A stretch of DNA of 64,000 bases from sequence record NZ_CP106960.1, one strand, 5' to 3'. This DNA is from a plasmid. The notes under the pieces were generated by a model that worked only from the letters and a program-made list of their open reading frames with translations, was not told the origin of the DNA and made no database searches. This document shows positions 52,487 to 62,497 of this stretch, piece by piece. The position numbers and the translations under genes are program-made. The stretch's first letter is position 1. Each line of letters starts with the position of its first letter.

Positions 52487-52792
52487 TCAGCACAAGTAAA
52501 AGTACGCCCTGAAAGCATAATCAATAAGATGGGCATTATAGGGAGCAGTGCAACTGCCCTGAAACGGAGTCCGGTAATCCCCCATTAACACCCATGAACC
52601 TGACTTTGCCGTTTGTTCAGCCACAATTGTCCCGTTACGTTTAACGATTTTAGCGGACCGCCAAGTATGTCTGAGTCTGACGACATCAAAAGGCTGCTGC
52701 AAAGTGATCCCTGGTGCCAGCCACAATTCCTGATGGCCATGAGTATGGATGAGCTCATCAACGACCTTGTCGAATGAAAGATATGCTGCCAT
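52487..52792 (-). CDS. Hypothetical protein, 101 aa
   Basis: ORF only. Confidence 0.3.
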   Translation of the reverse strand: MAAYLSFDKVVDELIHTHGHQELWLAPGITLQQPFDVVRLRHTWRSAKIVKRNGTIVAEQTAKSGSWVLMGDYRTPFQGSCTAPYNAHLIDYAFRAYFYLC

Positions 52793-53316
52793 TTATTTAA
52801 TTCCTGCCCATAAAGTAAAAGTCCCGCGTCGATACCATCACCCACCGAAGCACCTGGCAGTAACGCCGAATGACTTTACCTGCCGTCATCATTTTCACGA
52901 TGATAATAAGCCTGCGTATAGCAACTTAGTTAAATTACCGGATGGCCGTTCCGATGAGATCCGATTTTCTGCCGTATAACGACTTTCCGGAAGTGTACCA
53001 TGGTAGGGAAATAAGCAAAGCGCTCCGTTTAGCCACCGGGTGAGGGGTCACAATCAGGGCCTGAAACACAACATATGGAAGAAAAAGCAGCTGACGGCGT
53101 GGCATATGTTGTGTTTCCGCGCCTGGGAGTGGGAGGTAACGATCAGGAGATCCGGGACTAGGGGTTTTCGGATCTGAGAAAAGGGTGTGTACAGAAAACA
53201 GACAGCAAAGCATACGTATTTATAAAACGTATGCTCGCAGTATTTAAAGATGCTATAAACCAGGATACAGTATGTGTATTGCAGCAGTGCACCCCTCACA
53301 TGAAAAGGTACGCGGG

Positions 53317-54243
53317 ATGAGTGAAAAAGAATATGACATGGCAAACGACGGTGGAGAGAGCGTAACGTATACCCTGCGGAACATCCCTGCCGAGACCGAC
53401 CGGGTGATCACCGACCTGGCAAACCACGCCCGTAAACCAAAGGCGACGTTTCTGCGCGAATTCCTGGAAGACAGCTTCCGCGACGTTATCGATAGTTTCG
53501 CCCTCAAGAACCCGCTCATCGCCTCCCTGGATGAGGAGCTGGCCAGTTATCTGGGCGCCGAGGTCATGGAGAAGCGCTACCAGAGCCACTTCATCACCCG
53601 CTGGAACCAGGAATACCAGAAGCTGCTGGGGATCTCGACGGAAGAGGAGCTCCGCCGGGTGGTACTGAACAATACCCCCTTCTTGCAGATGCGGGCCGAC
53701 CAGGTGCTGAAAGGCTGGTCACGCATTCCGCGTGGGATTTCCCTGACCTTCTCCCTGTTTGCCGAGATCGCCGGCCGGGACAGGGAAACCATCGACCAGG
53801 CCTGGAAAAATATCTTCTACTCGCAGCTGAGGGAAAAAAAACACCGCTTTTACCAGGATATCGAGGCCATCCGCGCCCTGAAAAAACTGCCTGCCCTCAC
53901 CGGCGACAGCTGGACGCGGGATGGCATCACGGTGCGTATCTACCGCCCGGAAAACTACGATGTAGGCGCATGGCGCGTTGCGCTGAGCCTCCCGGAAAAT
54001 TACGCCGCCCAGATGTGGAACATCCCGTTCCCGGAGCTGGAAGGCCGCCTCTTTACCGCCGATCCGGGCTACAGTGCCCTGATCAGCGCCGAACCCGACA
54101 GGTGGGACAAGGCCTTCCGTTTTGTGGACGGGATGTGTGAGCTTCACCTGTACACCAACGGTGTGGGAGAAGAACACAATCCCACCCCGCTCGGGGATGT
54201 CGCTCAGGCGCTGATCAACGTGGTGGAAGACAACCTGCTGTAA
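53317..54243 (+). CDS. Hypothetical protein with an N-terminal ribbon-helix-helix-like segment (about 308 aa counted from MSEKEY)
   Basis: TYTLRNIPAETDRVITDLANHARKPKATFLREFLE resembles CopG/Arc RHH. A large perfect palindrome GAAACACAACATATG...CATATGTTGTGTTTC lies upstream at about 53065-53135. Confidence 0.45.
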   Translation: MSEKEYDMANDGGESVTYTLRNIPAETDRVITDLANHARKPKATFLREFLEDSFRDVIDSFALKNPLIASLDEELASYLGAEVMEKRYQSHFITRWNQEYQKLLGISTEEELRRVVLNNTPFLQMRADQVLKGWSRIPRGISLTFSLFAEIAGRDRETIDQAWKNIFYSQLREKKHRFYQDIEAIRALKKLPALTGDSWTRDGITVRIYRPENYDVGAWRVALSLPENYAAQMWNIPFPELEGRLFTADPGYSALISAEPDRWDKAFRFVDGMCELHLYTNGVGEEHNPTPLGDVAQALINVVEDNLL

Positions 54244-55483
54244 CGGACCCGGGTCTGCGGGCACAACTGCATCATCAGGAGGGTGCAATGAAAGGACGAC
54301 AGAGCCGCTATGTTACCGGCAGAAAGAGTTTCGCGGAGATCGCCCGTCGCCCTTCAGGGGCGGTGGTGATGCTCTGCCTTAACACCGGTCTTGAGGATGC
54401 GCTGCGCGAGGCGTCCAAATCTCTCAAGTCAGCCTTCACCCGTTCCGGGCGAAAATGCCGGCTTACGGCGGGAACGGCAGAAGGGCCGTTTAACGGACGT
54501 CGGCAGGGCGTGGCCACGCATCTGTTCGTGTCGGTACTCTGAGGGGGCAGGGGGCAAAAAAAGTAAAATTGTATTCGCCAGGTTGCCCGGACGTGGAGGA
54601 AAATAAACATGGAGAAAAACGGAATATAGCACTTTTTGCTAATATTACGGTGGTAATATCATGCTATAGTGATTATTGTGGGTAATTTCAGCTTGACTAA
54701 GAGCCAGATTACTGCTAACCTATCCTTGTATTATTGCTCCGTCCCGTTTCACCCCATTAAAACCGTTTATTTCCCGTCAGAATGGCCGTCACCATTCCGG
54801 CCTGGATTTTTTTGGTTTTTTTTCCCGGGGAGAGCCTGTGACGAGCTTAAAATCAGTTCAGCAATGAGGAGGAAGAGAATGGATACATCATAACAGTACC
54901 CGGAGAGACACCATTCTGTACGGTATCAACAGCGTTCACACCACGTGAGGCGCGGGGGTGCCATTTGACCAAAAAAGAGGTTCACCACATGAAAAACACT
55001 AACACATCCGTGTTATCAACAATTTGCCTACGGAGGCTAAATGAACAATATGTCCGACATCGAGGGAATGTTCGCATTCCCGTTCCAGACTGAACTCTAT
55101 TTTATCTGGAAGATTTATACCATCGCTAAAGACCTTTCCGTCAGTGCCTGTGGGCACATCGGACAGAAGCAATACTGGAGCGCGAGTCTCTGTATTTTGC
55201 TTCTTGTGGCTTACGTGGGACTTTGTGCTACAGCGGTCTGGGTTGTAGTGCCCTGGCTTAAGGCCTTTGTTGTGTCGAAATTTGCAGTTTCGGCACTTTG
55301 GGTCTCGCCAGTAAAAGGTGCACTTCTCTGGGGCATCGGTAAAATGGTTGCAGCCATTAACCGAAAAATGACGCCAGGCAACTAAGAGAAGCAACCTACC
55401 TGAACTGAGGGTGAATGTCAACCGGTATTCACTCTCCTCTCCCGCCAGTGGCCTCCATGGCCACTGGCGTTTCGGCACGCCCG

Positions 55484-56341
55484 TCAACCATTACGCGGCT
55501 CAATATTCGACTCAGGTTCCGGACCAAACCGGGCTGTCAGCCGGTTAACCAGCTGGCGAACCGACTGGGTCGAGCCCGCATAAATTTTTCGCAGAACAAA
55601 CTCGGTGATTAAGAAGGCATGTTCTATGTCCAGCGTCGTCACACGATCAAGATCATGACTGCCGGCATTACCCAGAAACTTTATCACCATAAGGGCCTCC
55701 CTGTGCGCCGCGTACTCTTCCGGCAGGGCCTCAATGCGCTGATGAAGAGAGCGCATTGCCTGCACACCGAGGGCGTCCATCAGCTGCTCCAGCGCAATTC
55801 GTATTGTATTCGCCGCCGCCCCGGGGGCGCCCGGGAACAGAGCAAATGACTGCATCAGAGGCTCAGCAACATTACGCGGACACTGCTCCGGAATGTTGAA
55901 TACAGGAAGCGCAGGTATAAAGCTTCTGGCCTGAAAGAGGTCGAAATACGGGTTTCCGTCTTCCGCCTCATCCTCATCATACGCTGGCTGAACTTCTCCC
56001 GTACCGCTGACGGCCACCACCGCCCCGCAGCGGGCACGTTCACATTTCAGCAGGCAGGAGAACACCAGACGGATGTCTTCAAGACCGCCATCAGGTTCCT
56101 GGTAGCGCACCACCGTTTCCGGAATTGCATCTGAATGAAAGGTATCCGGAATGATGGCCAGCGAAGCCGAATGACAGGAGGGGCAGCTCCAGGCCGGGCA
56201 CTGGTGTTTTGTGAAGAAGGTTAACAAGGAGGGGTTCATAGATTCGCCTGGTTCCGTTTCGTTTAAAGCCACGATGGGATATACGCGGGAAATGACGCGG
56301 TTCTCAAGGCGTATGTTAACCCCGCCCACGGGCGTCATCAA
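55484..56341 (-). CDS. Zn-ribbon plus DUF4145-like protein, 285 aa (about 251 aa counted from MNPSLL)
   Basis: CPAWSCPSCHS near the N-terminus. The C-terminus FLGNAGSHDLDRVTTLDIEHAFLITEFVLRKIY resembles the DUF4145 domain seen in Abi and R-M-associated proteins. Confidence 0.5.
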   Translation of the reverse strand: MMTPVGGVNIRLENRVISRVYPIVALNETEPGESMNPSLLTFFTKHQCPAWSCPSCHSASLAIIPDTFHSDAIPETVVRYQEPDGGLEDIRLVFSCLLKCERARCGAVVAVSGTGEVQPAYDEDEAEDGNPYFDLFQARSFIPALPVFNIPEQCPRNVAEPLMQSFALFPGAPGAAANTIRIALEQLMDALGVQAMRSLHQRIEALPEEYAAHREALMVIKFLGNAGSHDLDRVTTLDIEHAFLITEFVLRKIYAGSTQSVRQLVNRLTARFGPEPESNIEPRNG

Positions 56342-56561
56342 TGTTCTGCAAATGAAATCCGGGACTACCTTTTCTCGGTTCTGTCAGGCGGTAAGCAGGC
56401 AAAGGATATGATAATCAAAAAATGCAGATAAAATCATGCGAGATATTATATTTATCATTAATCATAAAATCATATCTGATATGATGTTTATCAATTTAGT
56501 AGATAAGCATTCTTGATTTAAATCTTTACTTAACCGGACATTATCAGACGGAGCGTGCAGG

Positions 56562-56819
56562 ATGGATGAAGAAATGATGTTTTCACTCAGTTATGAGCAG
56601 CTGACCCGGTTCGTGGAACAACGCATCCGGAGATGTAAACTGGACAGCGAGGGACTGACTTACATCATCGCATCGGCCGAAGCTTCCGCCATTCTGGGCT
56701 TCTGGCATGAACTGGCCATAAATGGCTATGCCTCAATGAATGCCATAAAAAGAGAAGAGCTCATAGACGCCGATCTTCAGCGTCTCAGAAAGCTCATCTG
56801 GCCAGAGACGGGTAAGTAA
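56562..56819 (+). CDS. Hypothetical protein, 85 aa (gene 1 of a 3-gene operon)
   Basis: ORF. Its stop overlaps the next start. Confidence 0.45.
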   Translation: MDEEMMFSLSYEQLTRFVEQRIRRCKLDSEGLTYIIASAEASAILGFWHELAINGYASMNAIKREELIDADLQRLRKLIWPETGK

Positions 56820-57799
56820 TGTTACAGACACGCCGACCATCGCCGCTGCAGAGGCGGGTGCTTATTGTGCTGGCCGCACTTGAGGCACGCCATCCCGGAA
56901 CCCACGTACCTACCCGTCTCATTGAACGGCTGCTGACCGAGGCGGGGGACGCTCCCGTGTACGGGCCAAACCTCCGTGCCTCCTGCCGGCGCATGGAGGC
57001 CGCGGGCTGGCTGCGCACCCTACGCGCACAAAACCTTCAGCTGGCCGTCGAGCTGACGGATGCCGGCCGTGCGCTGGCCGCCCCACTTCTCGCTGACGAA
57101 AAGGCTCGCGTCCTAAAGGAGGAGCGCGCGACGACTGTCCGGGTTCTGCCCCTGTTCCCGCCCAGCCAGACAGATAAGGCTCACGACCGTCCGGTGGCAC
57201 TGGACGATCGCTGGCACCTGGCGTGCCGGGGTGATTACGTTATCCGTCTTGACGGTACTACCTGCCTGCAGCTGTGGAACACGGCCGGGCAAGTGACGCG
57301 CCTGGCGGGCGATCCCCTGCAGGTCGCCACCTGGCTACAGGCCTGCCACGATGCAGATATTGCGGTCCGGATGCAGATCAATGAGAGCGCCACGCCGGAG
57401 GAGGGCACGCCGAACGTTACCGCCCCGGCGGACCGGACCGGCACCTGGTACAGCCAGCTGGACGTCGCGCTGCAGGCAGAGGGGATCACCGGCCTGAACG
57501 AGGAGATCAGGCAGGCCGTTACTATGCCCGTAGAGGCGCTGCGCGCCCTGCCGGCGCCGGCGCGCCTGCTGCACGTTCTGCGCGACAGTCCGGAGGCGTT
57601 CCCGCTCACGGCTACTGGCTATGAGGAGGACACGCAGGCCGCGCTGGCTGATCTGCTGGCACGCGCGGGGTTCACCGTCGCCCAGGCGGAAGAGCTACAA
57701 CTGCACCGCATTCGATGGCCACTAATGAGTGAAGAGGAATTTGTCCGTCAAGAGATGAGCGCCTCTACAGCCCGCGGGAAAACAAGCCATGACAACTAG
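56819..57799 (+). CDS. Hypothetical Ala/Arg-rich protein, 326 aa, GC-rich (gene 2)
   Basis: ORF. The N-terminal RRVLIVLAALEARHPG...RLIERLL segment could be a winged helix. This is weak inference. Confidence 0.5.
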   Translation: MLQTRRPSPLQRRVLIVLAALEARHPGTHVPTRLIERLLTEAGDAPVYGPNLRASCRRMEAAGWLRTLRAQNLQLAVELTDAGRALAAPLLADEKARVLKEERATTVRVLPLFPPSQTDKAHDRPVALDDRWHLACRGDYVIRLDGTTCLQLWNTAGQVTRLAGDPLQVATWLQACHDADIAVRMQINESATPEEGTPNVTAPADRTGTWYSQLDVALQAEGITGLNEEIRQAVTMPVEALRALPAPARLLHVLRDSPEAFPLTATGYEEDTQAALADLLARAGFTVAQAEELQLHRIRWPLMSEEEFVRQEMSASTARGKTSHDN

Positions 57800-58466
57800 A
57801 CCTGTACCCAGCAAGCTCCATCTAATCATTACCTGTACGCGGCGTAAGACGGTTGCAGCAGGCAGTACAGTCTTTCCAGAAGAACGCGACGCCGTTATTG
57901 CGTATGAGGCATGGCTGAAAATTCTGGAACAGGCACTGAGCAAGCAGCCTTTTATGACTGCAGGAGATCTTTATTCAGGTCAGCACTGGCAGCGGGCGGT
58001 GAACGCAACTGAGAGCACTGGTGCTGAAATGTGGGTGTTATCTGCCGGTCTGGGGCTGCTGCACGTCAGCGATCGTGTCGTGCCGTACGAAGCAACATTC
58101 TCCTCGATGCGGTTTTTCCACCGGAGCATGTGGTCACTTCTGACTTCCAGCCCACCAACGGGACGCCGCTGTACCTCCCTGCGGGAGCTTATGCATCAGT
58201 GTCCACACGACCGTTTTATAGTAGCGGCCTCACCAGTGTACCTGAAAGCTGTAGAAGAGGATTTATACGCAGGCAGTAATGAGTTGGCCTCACTTGAGCA
58301 GCTGACGATAGTGACCTCAAAAGGATATCAGGGCTGCTTCGGCAATAACGTCACATTGACCAGCGCAGCGATGATGAACGAGCTGAACACTAATATGACC
58401 GGGCTGAACATCAGTCATGCCGTAAAAACGTTGAAGATGCAAAACGAAAGGCGGCGCGCAGGTTAA
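57789..58466 (+). CDS. Hypothetical protein, 225 aa (gene 3)
   Basis: ORF overlapping gene 2 by 11 nt. Confidence 0.5.
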   Translation: MTTRPVPSKLHLIITCTRRKTVAAGSTVFPEERDAVIAYEAWLKILEQALSKQPFMTAGDLYSGQHWQRAVNATESTGAEMWVLSAGLGLLHVSDRVVPYEATFSSMRFFHRSMWSLLTSSPPTGRRCTSLRELMHQCPHDRFIVAASPVYLKAVEEDLYAGSNELASLEQLTIVTSKGYQGCFGNNVTLTSAAMMNELNTNMTGLNISHAVKTLKMQNERRRAG

Positions 58467-58614
58467 GCGAACGGATGGTGATCCGATAATTGCTCTTTGC
58501 AGGCTAATGAATGAAAGTACTAGGCTGCATCAGGATACCCCACTGGTCTAATTTAACTTAAAAGATCGCGTCTGCGATTGAACGCAGGCCAACTAACAGC
58601 AACAGGAGCAAATA

Positions 58615-58839
58615 ATGGATATTTCATCAGGCTACCGGAAACTCACTTTAAAGGAGCTTCAGGATGCCGAACAATACGTGGACTCGCTATTCAGCCTGCT
58701 CAGGAACGGCAGAATCACCGATGAACAACTCGCTGGCGATATTAAAGAGCTTATTTCCGCCTTCGGTTGTGGTGACACGGCTGCTGCCGTCAATATCTTT
58801 ATGTATCCTGCTGAGAAAGATGTTGCGCAGCGTTTTTAA
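58615..58839 (+). CDS. Hypothetical small protein, 74 aa
   Basis: ORF. Confidence 0.35.
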   Translation: MDISSGYRKLTLKELQDAEQYVDSLFSLLRNGRITDEQLAGDIKELISAFGCGDTAAAVNIFMYPAEKDVAQRF

Positions 58840-58936
58840 AGGAGGGTGAAACACATTCCGATATACTTAACAGCCCGGGATATTTCTCCTAACGTCCCGG
58901 CATCAACGATGACCGAGGACATAGTGAGTACACTGC

Positions 58937-59917
58937 ATGAAAAATAATATTGAATACTTTATTGGGCGCCACGACAGAGATTCCGGCCGGTTCGTTGGCC
59001 CCTACATATTTGAAAACCAGCTGAGTGACATTATCAAGCTGCTTCCTGTCTCCGGGCCTTCACAAGTTCAGTATGTGTTCCCCGATCTCTCACCTTTAAT
59101 TCGTCATATCCACGAACAGATATCTAGCGCATTCCAGACGTACAGTCAGGAGCAACAGGATAAGCAGCTTGCTGAAGAATATGAACTCATTTTTACCCAT
59201 TGGAACCGGGCCTGTGGAATGGAAGACGGTTCGAAAAAGGAACGAGCATGGGAAAAAGTAACCGACAAGGCAGATCCGCTGCTGATTCATTTGCGGCAGG
59301 CATTTCCGAAAGCAAAGCCGCTTAAGGACTGGGACGAAGGACTGATAAAGAAGATTGAAGACACAGGGCGTATATATACTGAAGTATTGCTGTTCATTAT
59401 TTACGCACGTGCAGCTTATGAGTGCGCCTCTCTTGGGCGTGATCCCTCCCTGCGGGAATACTGCCGGCAGATTAAGGAAATGCTGGCCGCCCATACAGGG
59501 GGAAAAAACATTCAGCCGTTGATGCTGAGCGCCGCTTCAGAAGCGAAGCTGGCGCCGTATTACACAATGCTTCGGGACATTAATGGGCTGGGACCAGAAG
59601 ATCCGGATTCATATCTTGCACAACATGTCAGGGGCATAACGGCAGAAACTCTCCCGGATGATCATCGTATGATGCCCATCTTTTATAACTTTGACGTGAA
59701 CACGGTTAAAGTTCGGCAGGTAAAGTTCACCAGTTTCTCCAGTCTACATTGGCGTATGGTCATGGCCCTCAGCCAAATCCACTACCGGGTCAGCCAGCTT
59801 GAGGCGCTGCTTGAGTCGCTGATCGACGGTGACACTAAAGTGGACTTTGACGGAACCGACGCAACCCTCGCACAAGTGGAGATGATGATTGCGCAACTGG
59901 CAGATCCGCAAGCCTGA
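58937..59917 (+). CDS. Hypothetical protein, 326 aa
   Basis: ORF ending 8 nt before the nuclease gene. Confidence 0.45.
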   Translation: MKNNIEYFIGRHDRDSGRFVGPYIFENQLSDIIKLLPVSGPSQVQYVFPDLSPLIRHIHEQISSAFQTYSQEQQDKQLAEEYELIFTHWNRACGMEDGSKKERAWEKVTDKADPLLIHLRQAFPKAKPLKDWDEGLIKKIEDTGRIYTEVLLFIIYARAAYECASLGRDPSLREYCRQIKEMLAAHTGGKNIQPLMLSAASEAKLAPYYTMLRDINGLGPEDPDSYLAQHVRGITAETLPDDHRMMPIFYNFDVNTVKVRQVKFTSFSSLHWRMVMALSQIHYRVSQLEALLESLIDGDTKVDFDGTDATLAQVEMMIAQLADPQA

Positions 59918-59924
59918 ACCAGAG

Positions 59925-60413
59925 ATGATAGTGAAATCTATTAGGTATTCCGCAGTATGTCTTCTGGCAGCTGCCTGGTTTGCCAGAGCGGATATCGATG
60001 GGCATGTTGTTCGCGTTCTTGACGGAGACACGATTGAAGTACTGCAGGAGGACAACGAACTTACACGAGTCAGGCTAAACGGCATCGATGCTCCGGAAAA
60101 AGCGCAGCCATTTGGCCAGCGTTCGCGGCAGGCATTGACCGCTATGATCGCCGGCAAAGTAGTTCACATCGCAGGTAACAACCGTGATCGCTACGGTCGC
60201 CTGCTCGGCACTGTCTGGTATGATTCAGCAGATATCAACGCCATACAGGTCATTCATGGTATGGCCTGGGCTTACCGGTATAAGGGAAAGGCGATGGTAC
60301 AGGCTTACGCAGATAGAGAGGAAAAAGCACGCAAGAACCGGACGGGACTCTGGGGAGAGCCAGCGCCGGTGGAACCCTGGCGCTGGCGTAAGCTGCACAA
60401 CAGCGAAAACTAA
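59925..60413 (+). CDS. Secreted staphylococcal-nuclease-like (SNase/thermonuclease fold) endonuclease, about 162 aa
   Basis: Signal peptide MIVKSIRYSAVCLLAAAWFARA. The SNase core includes ...VVRVLDGDTIEV...RVRLNGIDAPE...RYGRLLG... Confidence 0.7.
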   Translation: MIVKSIRYSAVCLLAAAWFARADIDGHVVRVLDGDTIEVLQEDNELTRVRLNGIDAPEKAQPFGQRSRQALTAMIAGKVVHIAGNNRDRYGRLLGTVWYDSADINAIQVIHGMAWAYRYKGKAMVQAYADREEKARKNRTGLWGEPAPVEPWRWRKLHNSEN

Positions 60414-61429
60414 CCGGCGAGTAAAGAATCCCTTTCATTACCCTTGGCAAGAAGTGCCAGCACCTCCCCAAAATCAGGAAATGCCGATGCGGCCAGCAAG
60501 TTGGCAACGGCATTTGCCCGGCCATTATCGCGCTCCAGCCATACGATACACAGCTCAACATTACTGGCCATCGAATCGTGCATGTTCTCAGGTAACGCTG
60601 ACCAGGCAAAAGGTGTTTTAAAGTCTTTCATGGAATTGTAGAAACTGCCGAACAACTCTTCCTTAGGAATGACATACAAATGCCATTTTTTACAGAGTGC
60701 GGCCGCCATAGCCGCATTCACACTGTAGCGGTAAAGCGTTCCAGTCAGCGGAACTGACTGTTGAAGAAGACAAGCCTGACGGCGTGCAGCGCTAAAGTGA
60801 TGCGCGCCATCTTCATTGAGCCAGTAGAATCGTCGTTCTGTCCATGGATACTCAGCGAATCGCATACGTTCATGGCGCAACCCACTATAAGTTATATTGT
60901 TCTGAAGATGAGCCTGCGTAACTGGCTCCGCCAGACCGGGACGGTGAAGAACAGCCAGCTCGTCAATATCGTGGATATCATAATGCTCTGATTTGGAACT
61001 CGACATCCCTTTTATTAAACTGATATCGCACTGAAAATCATCGATTATCTCTTCATGAATAAGATGTTCAGCTTCAGGGCATGGCATTGCATATGCCGCA
61101 AGCTCCCCATCGGCGTCAGGTTTACGATAATCAAGAGTGTAGGGACGAGCTAAAAAGAAGAGTGATGGGGAAGTTTTCAGCCAGCTATTCCACGCACTCA
61201 CCGAACGCGTCCAGAACGTATCAGCAGGTGGGGTCATAGGATAAGGAACCAGAATTCCTGAGTTAATTGCTCTTTCCAGTCCGGCAGGACGGCCGAGGGT
61301 GTGCATTAACTCCTCACGGGCCCAGTTCCACGCCCGGCCCAGAGCTGAAGGACTGACAGACGTTGGTATTTCAGCTAAATCATTTCTTCCTGAATCATAA
61401 GTCACTGACAACTCCTTTCTGCAGATCAT
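60410..61429 (-). CDS. Hypothetical protein, 339 aa
   Basis: ORF convergent with the nuclease gene. Confidence 0.4.
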   Translation of the reverse strand: MICRKELSVTYDSGRNDLAEIPTSVSPSALGRAWNWAREELMHTLGRPAGLERAINSGILVPYPMTPPADTFWTRSVSAWNSWLKTSPSLFFLARPYTLDYRKPDADGELAAYAMPCPEAEHLIHEEIIDDFQCDISLIKGMSSSKSEHYDIHDIDELAVLHRPGLAEPVTQAHLQNNITYSGLRHERMRFAEYPWTERRFYWLNEDGAHHFSAARRQACLLQQSVPLTGTLYRYSVNAAMAAALCKKWHLYVIPKEELFGSFYNSMKDFKTPFAWSALPENMHDSMASNVELCIVWLERDNGRANAVANLLAASAFPDFGEVLALLAKGNERDSLLAG

Positions 61430-62099
61430 CGATACGGATTAATGAGTCCGCGCCTGAATATTGGCAACAAACATACGTGGACCCGGACAATTCCTTACTG
61501 GGGTGACAGATTGCTCACCTGGCTACTTGGATGAGCATAACGTATTTCATGAAGGATCCTAACGATCAATGTACTGATTTTAAAGATTAAATGTTGGTGG
61601 GTTTGTATGCGCCCTGGCGCATGGAGGCGCCAGCTGTACGCAAATAGTCTTCTGCAGCTGACTGGCGCCGAGACCCGGCGAAGCCGGTTACAGATATGAT
61701 AGTTACCACCTATCCACCCCTTCACCCTGCAAAGCCATACCCGCCTACAGCCTCTCAGGTGCCTCTGTACGCGGTCGGAGTGGTCCCGACAAGGCAGAGC
61801 CGCAGTCGGGGCGTATCTCCGCGTTATGCGGGCCGTGAGGGCCGCTTACGAGCGTGTACTCCTAAACCTGATACGCGAGTAACTGAAGCGGTTCAGATTT
61901 CTAGTTACAACATCCATCATTGAAAGCGATGTCTTCCGGCCCGTTGGGCCGGGCGGCGGCGCTTTTCAGTGGTGGGCTATGGGGTCATGGTTACAGATAT
62001 GCTCGTTCCAGTTCCGACCTTAAAAGATGCTGTAACGTTCTGCACCCTGCCCGCCAGTATGGCGGGTGCTACCTTGAGTCGCTTAGCGACGTAACCGAA

Positions 62100-62497
62100 C
62101 CGGCGCGGACGCAGTCCGCTGCAAGGGCGATCGTTAATTGAGACTGTCCACAGGACAGACGACGAATAGGTTATTTATTTAAATGATAGAAACTTAAGTT
62201 TTTTAAAAGAACTACAGAGCTGGGGTTTAAAAGATATTACGCACCTTGAAACCTATACGTGTAGCGCTCTGTAGCCTGCTCGGTTTTAACCTTACATAAA
62301 GTTCCCTTGCAGTTAAATGTGTATAACCAATATGAGCGGCACAGGAGTACAAAAAACCACAGATTCGGAGAAGATCTGTAGCGTCAAAGGGGGAATGACA
62401 TCAGATAAAATAGACAAAGGTGGTTACTTTACAAACAGGCGGGAGCTTCAGACGTGCGAAATTCTCCGGCGCAGCCGGATGAATTCAAAGCACAGGA
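62100..62497. other. ori: Probable IncFII vegetative origin region (oriR) downstream of repA1. A DnaA-box-like CTGTCCACA is at about 62146
   Basis: Assigned by its position relative to repA1. Only a weak DnaA box was seen. Confidence 0.35.
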
